A model generated the notes under the pieces. The model saw only the letters and a program-made list of their open reading frames with translations. It ran no database searches and was not told the DNA's origin. Made by a program: the position numbers and the translations under genes. Positions 58,701 through 64,000 of a stretch of 64,000 bases of DNA are shown one piece after another (the first letter of the stretch is position 1; every line of letters starts with the position of its first letter). The stretch spans positions 22,294 to 86,293 of the forward strand of contig CAVHDF010000001.1 in the NCBI GenBank assembly GCA_963634865.1, given 5' to 3'. This stretch comes from Eggerthellaceae bacterium. Its GTDB lineage: Bacteria > Elusimicrobiota > Elusimicrobia > Elusimicrobiales > Elusimicrobiaceae.

Positions 58701-59354
58701 ATTACCGAGCAGAAAGCCGTGTCTAAAAACGCAGTATGTATGTTGGCTAAGAGCATTGCCGTGAACACGAAAGACCCCAGCGTTCCGTCCGCGGGCAACA
58801 ATATGTTCGGTGCCTTTGCGGCCTTTATGGGCAATGACTCTTCTTTCTTCCCGGCGCACTGGGTCAGAGTGAACGGCACGAAAACGCAGGATTTGCGCTT
58901 TACGGGGTGTCTGAATGGCAAAGATATAGAAGCGACTAAGCCGTACCACTACGGGCACTATAACTGGAACCACCATCGCTTGGGTGATGATTCCCAGCAA
59001 AATGACCGCGCTCCGTATGAGCAAGTCTTGGCCAGCGGCATGTGGAGACAGGCTCCGTTGAAGGCCTTGGCGGAAGGAAAAGATTTCCGCCGTGCAACGA
59101 GCATTGGGCAGTTGTCCTCCAGCAACGATACGTTGGATGACGCCAACAGAAAGCTCTATCACGCTGCGTACAGAGACCTGTTCCAAACCTCCGGTTCTTG
59201 TAACTACAGGAATTCGGACACGATGTCTACCGCCGATGCTATGGCGTACATCCAAGCTTTGTGCGACAACGGCACGAACCTTAAACCGGAAAACGGTAGT
59301 AAGTTAGCGTGCGGTGCCAGATACAGAGCTTCCCAATTCGCCGTAGGCGAATAA
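55740..59354 (+). CDS. Large single-pass surface protein, Gly-rich linker then long Cys-rich region
   Basis: AAGGAG RBS; TM FFVAAAAALLMLPFLY; ITPWWWDMM; GNGNGNGNG tract. Confidence 0.82.
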   Translation: MAENKKDSFTFSDKIKNSKPAFNPFSKRVSSKIGSNGKPKKTLFERTRRDAPFFVAAAAALLMLPFLYKYSGSINEGVIVPPGSEDSVFDPERYGFSPSNEDPNGQIAQMAGRDPLSLIKGWGSAEPEEDPQMYDVDRRDGLDDTYTPSAPTANDSPRAYAPAATRAAFQRNPTKIKELGSASMNLRGGGGGFGRFGGANLKRAANQNSAGAPKQGTKPVSLQPLRAADKPSRSYFGQSSAAQARASRDAMGKADAKTALRDAMFKPVENGRLGGLGTGDFASGGGSGKLDITHDYKGITPWWWDMMKERAQKKWEWKYFLWRKNLLEPLIKDVLATGLTHLLNCAIWGNADGDMDYFLGGAPGTSKEGFCQGIKESEWDEAVARAKAEGKDRPWGSFPNSEANCRRNMNLGDDVKVKFEKGSSVVGGKGVIGARLSCLGGVWRGGKNAGATLVDDRLSCRAVDTTHNFELQTSGKAASWRYKYHVIVAKNYVPFDNAGTHYLCGMGNKNANKQSVAAVENAQGAESDIRKKDATKKTYSRYAADNYDGLQRGDVNDACVIYVAQGPALKWQDFKAKTMTLLEQLGLKKNGRAVSGEEAFNALQLYFIEGYAFKHPMSKGGNETKAINDNGKMVKVRNMPVDVLPMAYVDFESYYVLRRKNDSKEDSAKLNDKWRVYEGNFTHVDGSPRTTLAGANQRVDSARVVCPFANFQIKAQAIDSLSSLVADLTFNPKVHGTTGGGIKVTLDVPEAGLNGIPVKGAMEGGEDNKTVATHRFEPNAAQMKALNDALAQNGQITAKWTARRGDKLSQDTADYAGNELFVEQPEETASCQDGETMQSTDEQNCTWTGTCKAGQWSIVKDDPNCGQAGSNGGNGNGNGNGTDVQGMRPSQPVSFFQGFNSIPASAADRLNADVRKAGEKNTAAKQWGQCKIDMDIATKKLSYVDDSVKALLAAAKAKYDAANKENGTYLDYDEANVTVANLLDAMLITEQKAVSKNAVCMLAKSIAVNTKDPSVPSAGNNMFGAFAAFMGNDSSFFPAHWVRVNGTKTQDLRFTGCLNGKDIEATKPYHYGHYNWNHHRLGDDSQQNDRAPYEQVLASGMWRQAPLKALAEGKDFRRATSIGQLSSSNDTLDDANRKLYHAAYRDLFQTSGSCNYRNSDTMSTADAMAYIQALCDNGTNLKPENGSKLACGARYRASQFAVGE

Positions 59355-59371
59355 TAAGCCGTAAGTTTTAC

Positions 59372-59404
59372 ACCCCGGGGACGAAATAAGCCCCGGGGTT
59401 TTTA
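59372..59404 (+). terminator. Intrinsic terminator ending the array
   Basis: accccgggg..ccccggggt followed by T run. Confidence 0.7.
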
Positions 59405-59481
59405 TATGTAGGTGCCCGGCGGGGGTAAATACTCCTGTTTTTTCGTTCCCCGTGGGTGCGCAATATTGCTACAATAATTCT

Positions 59482-61167
59482 ATGTCCAACCACCGCCGGG
59501 GCTTGGCCCTGCTCCTTTTTGGTTTGTTTCTCGCCGCGCAGCCCGCGCAGGCGTTCTTCCCGTTTTCTATCGGCAAAAAAGAAATTAAGACCGACTATTC
59601 CCAAACGGTGTGGGACCGCATGATGTTGGACCAGTCCGTCTCAGATATGCGCCGGGGCATGAACGAAATGTCCGCCACGCGCTACAATGCCGCCGCCAAT
59701 TCCTTTGCCAAGGCTATCATCAAAAACCCGCAAGATGCGCTGCCGCATTTGCTGTACGGGGCCTCTTTGTACTGGGCTGGCCGGGTGGACGCGGCCATGA
59801 CCGAATACCGCGAGGGTTTGCGCTTGGACCCGCAAAACGCCATGGCCTATCAGCTGCTGGGCATTGCCTGGGGTTGGAAAGGGGACCTGGACCAGGCGCA
59901 GACGCATTTTTTGCAGGCCAATCAAATCAACCCCAACAAGGCTGATACACACATGAACTTAGGCTCCACCTACGCCGCGCAAAAGAAGTATGAGCCCGCC
60001 CTGGACCATTACCGCCAGGCGGTGGAGCTGGCCCCGCGCGAGCCGCTTTATCAATATCAACTGGGCACGCTCTATGACCTCATGGGGCGTGATACGCAGG
60101 CCGAGGCCGCCTATAAAAAAGCCTTGCGTTTATTCTCTGCGTATGAGGACGCGCAGCTGGCTTTGGCCGCCTTGTACGAAAAGCGGGAGAATTATCCCGC
60201 CGCCTTGAAATATTACAAAAAGGCCGTCAAAACCAAACCCGGCGACTTTGTGGCCCGCCTGCGCTACGCCTATTTGCTCTTGCGCCAAAACCAAACGGCG
60301 CAAGCACGGGAAGTGCTGGAGGGGGCCTTTTCCATTGCTCCGTTTAAAGAGGGGGGCTTGGCGCTGAACGCCGTGTACCGCGCCAGCGGCCGCTCCCCCG
60401 AGGCCTTTGAAAAACAAATAGAAAAATTTAAAGAAAATTTGCTCAAGGTCCCCGCCGCCAAAGACATTCAGGTGGAAGCGGCGCTAAATTATGAGCCCGC
60501 ATCCGCGCCCGCCACGTCAACGGGCCCAAGCCGCTTTGCTGAGGCGTATGAAACCTTGCGCTCCAGTTCATCGGCCGGGGCGGAGGGAGCGTCCTCTTTG
60601 TCCTTTAAGCGCAACTTTGTTTTAAACGCCGCAGACCCGCAGACCCGCGCCCGCCAAGTGCAAGAGCTGGCCGCCGAATTGGGCCGGGCCGTGGCCGCCG
60701 CGGCGGACCGTTACGACGTGAGTATGACGCTGCAGGGGCGCACGTTAGATTATGCCTCGCCCGCGGCGCTGGGCCAAAACCGCACCACCGCCCCCAAGGC
60801 CGTGTATGACCCGCGCATTGTGGGCAATGACATGGGCCTGTGGCTCATGGGCAAAACCTGGGTGCGTTACGTGCAGGAAATTCAAACGGATTTAGAGGAA
60901 CTGGCCCGGCAGCGCCCGTCAAACGAGTATTTGATTTTGCAAGGGCTGGCCGCGCTGCTTAACGGGGAAGCGGGGGCGGCCGAGGAGGCTTTTACCGCTG
61001 CGCAAGCGCAAAATCCACAGGATATTTTGCCCGGGTTGGGGTTGGGCACGGCGGCTGTCATCGCCGGAGATGACGCGCAAGCCGCAGCGCAGTACCGGGC
61101 CGTGCTGCAGCTAAGCCCGGAGAATAGAACCGCCCGGCGCAATTTAAAAATTTTGGAGGAGCCGTGA
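59482..61167 (+). CDS. Exported TPR-repeat protein
   Basis: Signal peptide ending AQA-FF; canonical TPRs (ADTHMNLGSTY, YQYQLGTLY). Confidence 0.85.
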   Translation: MSNHRRGLALLLFGLFLAAQPAQAFFPFSIGKKEIKTDYSQTVWDRMMLDQSVSDMRRGMNEMSATRYNAAANSFAKAIIKNPQDALPHLLYGASLYWAGRVDAAMTEYREGLRLDPQNAMAYQLLGIAWGWKGDLDQAQTHFLQANQINPNKADTHMNLGSTYAAQKKYEPALDHYRQAVELAPREPLYQYQLGTLYDLMGRDTQAEAAYKKALRLFSAYEDAQLALAALYEKRENYPAALKYYKKAVKTKPGDFVARLRYAYLLLRQNQTAQAREVLEGAFSIAPFKEGGLALNAVYRASGRSPEAFEKQIEKFKENLLKVPAAKDIQVEAALNYEPASAPATSTGPSRFAEAYETLRSSSSAGAEGASSLSFKRNFVLNAADPQTRARQVQELAAELGRAVAAAADRYDVSMTLQGRTLDYASPAALGQNRTTAPKAVYDPRIVGNDMGLWLMGKTWVRYVQEIQTDLEELARQRPSNEYLILQGLAALLNGEAGAAEEAFTAAQAQNPQDILPGLGLGTAAVIAGDDAQAAAQYRAVLQLSPENRTARRNLKILEEP

Positions 61168-61934
61168 GAAAGTACGGACAGCATTTTTTAATCAATGAGC
61201 GCGTGATAGAAGGTATCGTCGCCGCCGTGCCACCGCAGGCGCGGCAGGTGGTGGAAATCGGCCCCGGGCAGGGGGCGCTGACGCAAAAGCTGCTGCTTAA
61301 AAATTTAGCGCAGTTGACCTTGGTGGAGATTGACCCGCAAATGCAGGCGTACTTGCTGGCGCATTGGCCCGCGTTGGCGGGGCGCATTGTGCTGGCGGAT
61401 TTTTTGAAATTTGATTTGGCCCATTTGCCCGCCGAGCCGACCTTTTTCGTGAGCAATTTGCCCTACATAGACGCGGCGGAAATTTTAGACAAGGTGCTTT
61501 CTTGGCCATACTTTGACGGCGCAGTGTTTATGTTTCAAAAGGAGCAGGCCCAACGCATTTTGGCTCCGGCCGGGGCGGAGGGCTATGGGCCGCTAAGTAT
61601 TTTAAGCCAGCTGCGCGCCGAAGTCAAACCGTTGCTCAAGGTGGGCAAGGCGTGCTTTAATCCGCCGCCGAAAGTGGAGAGCATGGTGCTGACTTTTGCC
61701 AAAAAGCAAACGCCTTTTGCCACGGCTGCGGAGTACCGGCGTTTTGCGCGGCTGGTGCACGCGGCTTTTGCGCACAAACGCAAAACGCTTTACAATTCTT
61801 TGGTGTTAAGCGGGTATGAGAAAGCGGCGGTAACGGCGGCCCTGCAGGCGGCACAACTGGCCCCGCAGGTGCGGGCGGAAACGGTGCCGCTGGATGCTTT
61901 TTTGCAGCTTAATACGCAGTTAGTCCAGCCTTAA
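61164..61934 (+). CDS. rsmA: 16S rRNA m6,2A dimethyltransferase KsgA
   Basis: KYGQHFL, VEIGPGQGALT, VEID, SNLPY, MFQKE, FNPPPKVES. Confidence 0.95.
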   Translation: MRKYGQHFLINERVIEGIVAAVPPQARQVVEIGPGQGALTQKLLLKNLAQLTLVEIDPQMQAYLLAHWPALAGRIVLADFLKFDLAHLPAEPTFFVSNLPYIDAAEILDKVLSWPYFDGAVFMFQKEQAQRILAPAGAEGYGPLSILSQLRAEVKPLLKVGKACFNPPPKVESMVLTFAKKQTPFATAAEYRRFARLVHAAFAHKRKTLYNSLVLSGYEKAAVTAALQAAQLAPQVRAETVPLDAFLQLNTQLVQP

Positions 61935-62877
61935 TTTCCAAGATTTGCTCTTTGGGGTCAAAGGGTTTTACTTCATTTAAATTCAGCCCGTTGGCGGCGG
62001 CTTTCAATAAGGCGCGTGGGGAATTTTCCGTCGGCGCATAGTGTCGCCCGGCTTGCAACAAGGCCTGTAGCGGGGCCAGCCCCACCAGCTCGCACCCCGT
62101 GGCTTGCAAACCCAGTTGCGCGGCGTAGCGTTGGCAAGTTTCAAACACCCGGGCCAGCGGCGCGGCGTGAAAATCAGTAATATTGCAAGACACCTGCGCC
62201 CGGCGGAAATTTTCCATATACCACCCGATGGCCTTCACGCCTTTTAAGCCGCCGTTGCTTTCGCGCAGGCGGGCGGCGATGGCTTGCGCGGGGAGCGCGT
62301 CTGTGGTGTTTAAATTGATGTTAAAGGCAATTAAAATGGGCCGCGCGCCGATGACCGTAGCACCTGTTTTTTGAACGGACGGCGTGAGCGTGTGTGGGCC
62401 GAAATCCGGCGGCAGCCTTTGCAATTTATCGGCCAAATCTTCATATTCTCCGCGGCGCAGAAAAGCCAAGTTTTTTCGCTCCGGCGCCGTGGCGGCCGCC
62501 TCATACAAATAGACGGGGATGCCCAGCTCTTGCCCCACGCGTTGCCCCAAGGCGCGCGCATAGGCGGCGGCCTGTGGCAGAGAAATCCCTTGCAGCGGCA
62601 CCAGCGGGCAAACGTCCACCGCACCCAGCCGCGGGTGCGCCCCATGATGTCCGCGCATATCCAGCAGCCGTGCCGCTTGTGCAAACAGGTCAAACAGGGC
62701 CTCTAGCAGTGCGTCCGGCTCGCCCAACAGTGTAAACACCGTGCGGTTGGCGCATGGGTTAGCGTCCAGCCCCAGCAGGCGCACATGCGGCGTTTGCTGC
62801 AGTTGCTGGCCCAGGCAGTGCAGGAGGGGGAGGTCGCGTCCTTGGGAAAGGTTGGGTACGGCTTCTAATAAGGGCAT
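61909..62877 (-). CDS. ftcD: Glutamate formimidoyltransferase
   Basis: EAVPNLSQGR, NRTVFT, HHGAHPRLGAVDVCP, LRRGEYE, GARPILIAFNINL. Confidence 0.92.
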   Translation of the reverse strand: MPLLEAVPNLSQGRDLPLLHCLGQQLQQTPHVRLLGLDANPCANRTVFTLLGEPDALLEALFDLFAQAARLLDMRGHHGAHPRLGAVDVCPLVPLQGISLPQAAAYARALGQRVGQELGIPVYLYEAAATAPERKNLAFLRRGEYEDLADKLQRLPPDFGPHTLTPSVQKTGATVIGARPILIAFNINLNTTDALPAQAIAARLRESNGGLKGVKAIGWYMENFRRAQVSCNITDFHAAPLARVFETCQRYAAQLGLQATGCELVGLAPLQALLQAGRHYAPTENSPRALLKAAANGLNLNEVKPFDPKEQILEIKAGLTAY

Positions 62878-63011
62878 AGCATTACTATAGCAAAAAAGAA
62901 GATAAAAAAATAAAATCCCGTGTTAAAAATGAAAAGTTATGCTATAATACTTATAGATACCTATTAAGTTTAGGTATCCGAAATAAATAATACAAGGAAG
63001 TAAAAAGTAAA

Positions 63012-63215
63012 ATGGCAAACGGAAAAGTGAAGTGGTTTAACGACCAGAAAGGTTATGGTTTCATCACGCCCGAAGACGGTTCTAAAGATCTCTTTGTGCA
63101 CTACCAAGAAATTCAGGGCGATGGTTTTAAAACCTTAGCCGAAGGCCAAGAAGTGGAATTCGAAATCGTCGAATCCGAAAAAGGCCCGAAAGCCGTGAAA
63201 GTCGTTAAAAAATAA
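63012..63215 (+). CDS. Cold-shock protein (CspA family)
   Basis: [26 protein letters not shown]. Confidence 0.97.
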   Translation: MANGKVKWFNDQKGYGFITPEDGSKDLFVHYQEIQGDGFKTLAEGQEVEFEIVESEKGPKAVKVVKK

Positions 63216-63235
63216 CTCTATTTTTTAGACTTTAC

Positions 63236-63265
63236 AAACCCGCGCTTCAGGGCGCGGGTTTTTTT
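63236..63265 (+). terminator. Intrinsic terminator after csp
   Basis: aaacccgcgc-ttcagg-gcgcgggttttttt. Confidence 0.85.
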
Positions 63266-63285
63266 AATGGATATAGGAGTAAAAA

Positions 63286-64000
63286 TTGAAACAAATGCAG
63301 GTTTATCCGCAAGCGTCTTTGCGGGAATTATGGTTCTTGTCTTACCCGCTGATTGTGACGATGGCCGCGCAGGTCATCATGCAATTTGCGGACCGGATGT
63401 TCTTGTCTTGGTTTAGCCATGACGCGTTGGCCGCGTGCGTGCCCGGCGGCGTGCTGGCCATGACGTTTGCTGCTCTGTTTATGGGGCTGGCCAGTTATAC
63501 CAGCGTGTTTATCTCGCAGTATTATGCGCGCAAAAAAAAGGCCTCGGTGACGATTTCTCTGTGGCAGGGCGTGTGGTTGGCGATTATTTCCTCACTTATT
63601 TTGGCCGCCCTGACCCCCGCGGGCAATGCCATTATCAATTTGTTTAAACACGGCGCGGAAGTAACGCCGCTGGAAATAAAATACTTTACCATTTTAAACT
63701 TGTTTGCCGGGTTTCCCGTGGTGAACAGCGCTTTGGCCAGCTTTTTCAGCGGCCGCGGCAACACCAAAGTGCCCATGTATGCGGCCCTGTGCGGTAATGT
63801 GGTCAACATTGGCCTGGACTATGTGATGATCTTTGGTAAGCTGGGTTTTGCGCCCATGGGTATAGACGGCGCGGCCTGGGCCACGGTCATCGGCTCTATG
63901 GTGATGACGGCCATTTATGGCACGCTGATTTTTGGCACGCGCACGCGCAAGAATTTTAAAGTGGCGCAGCTGGCGGGTTTTTATAAGCCGGTGTTTGCGC
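63286..64000 (+). CDS. MATE family efflux transporter, 3'-truncated by window edge (start TTG 63286 or ATG 63295)
   Basis: Manual translation: LWFLSYPLIV, FADRMFLS, FFSGRGNTKVPM, NIGLDYVMIFG, MGIDGAAWAT. Confidence 0.9.
   Translation, partial: MKQMQVYPQASLRELWFLSYPLIVTMAAQVIMQFADRMFLSWFSHDALAACVPGGVLAMTFAALFMGLASYTSVFISQYYARKKKASVTISLWQGVWLAIISSLILAALTPAGNAIINLFKHGAEVTPLEIKYFTILNLFAGFPVVNSALASFFSGRGNTKVPMYAALCGNVVNIGLDYVMIFGKLGFAPMGIDGAAWATVIGSMVMTAIYGTLIFGTRTRKNFKVAQLAGFYKPVFA

Noticed and set aside
49217..59354. Diversity-generating retroelement acting on the array or pilins
   Set aside because: No reverse transcriptase, and the repeated segments do not differ specifically at adenines
61909..61934. 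Convergent 26-bp overlap of rsmA and ftcD
   Set aside because: Short tail-to-tail overlaps are common in compact genomes

Overview
Bacterial chromosomal window, moderately GC-rich, almost all genes on the + strand. The gene content (dispersed PilE-like pilins with GFTLIELLVVVLIIGILAA, a diderm envelope, a Tad locus) suggests Elusimicrobiota; this is inference, not a search result. 1-25 kb and 59-64 kb are mostly housekeeping: dus, rplM-rpsI, tRNA-Ser, tsaE/B/D, rimI, def, gpmA, scpAB, glgA, ftsX-envC-ctpA, rsmA, ftcD, csp and a MATE transporter. Two candidate undescribed systems stand out. (A) A repeat-built pilin cassette present twice (1669-2786, 10509-11722). Each copy has covarying hairpins, CGTC/dRS3-like palindromes and a promoter with a T10 spacer plus a 17-bp inverted repeat, ahead of a pilin with a constant N-terminus and an unrelated C-terminus. 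One copy carries an in-frame palindrome insertion in the cleavable leader. The same palindrome family clusters beside an AT-rich standalone GIY-YIG nuclease gene (25713-26293). (B) A ~33 kb surface/secretion region (26586-59354). It begins with a giant FlgD-Ig-repeat protein with a T9SS-like C-terminus and a PorV-like barrel, continues into an atypical Tad/Flp pilus locus (minimal secretin, TadZ-TadA fusion, TadB with an extra exported domain, embedded signalling genes), and ends in an array of membrane-anchored Gly/Ala/Ser-rich proteins with apparently swapped C-terminal domains. All calls come from reading motifs by eye; no database searches were run.
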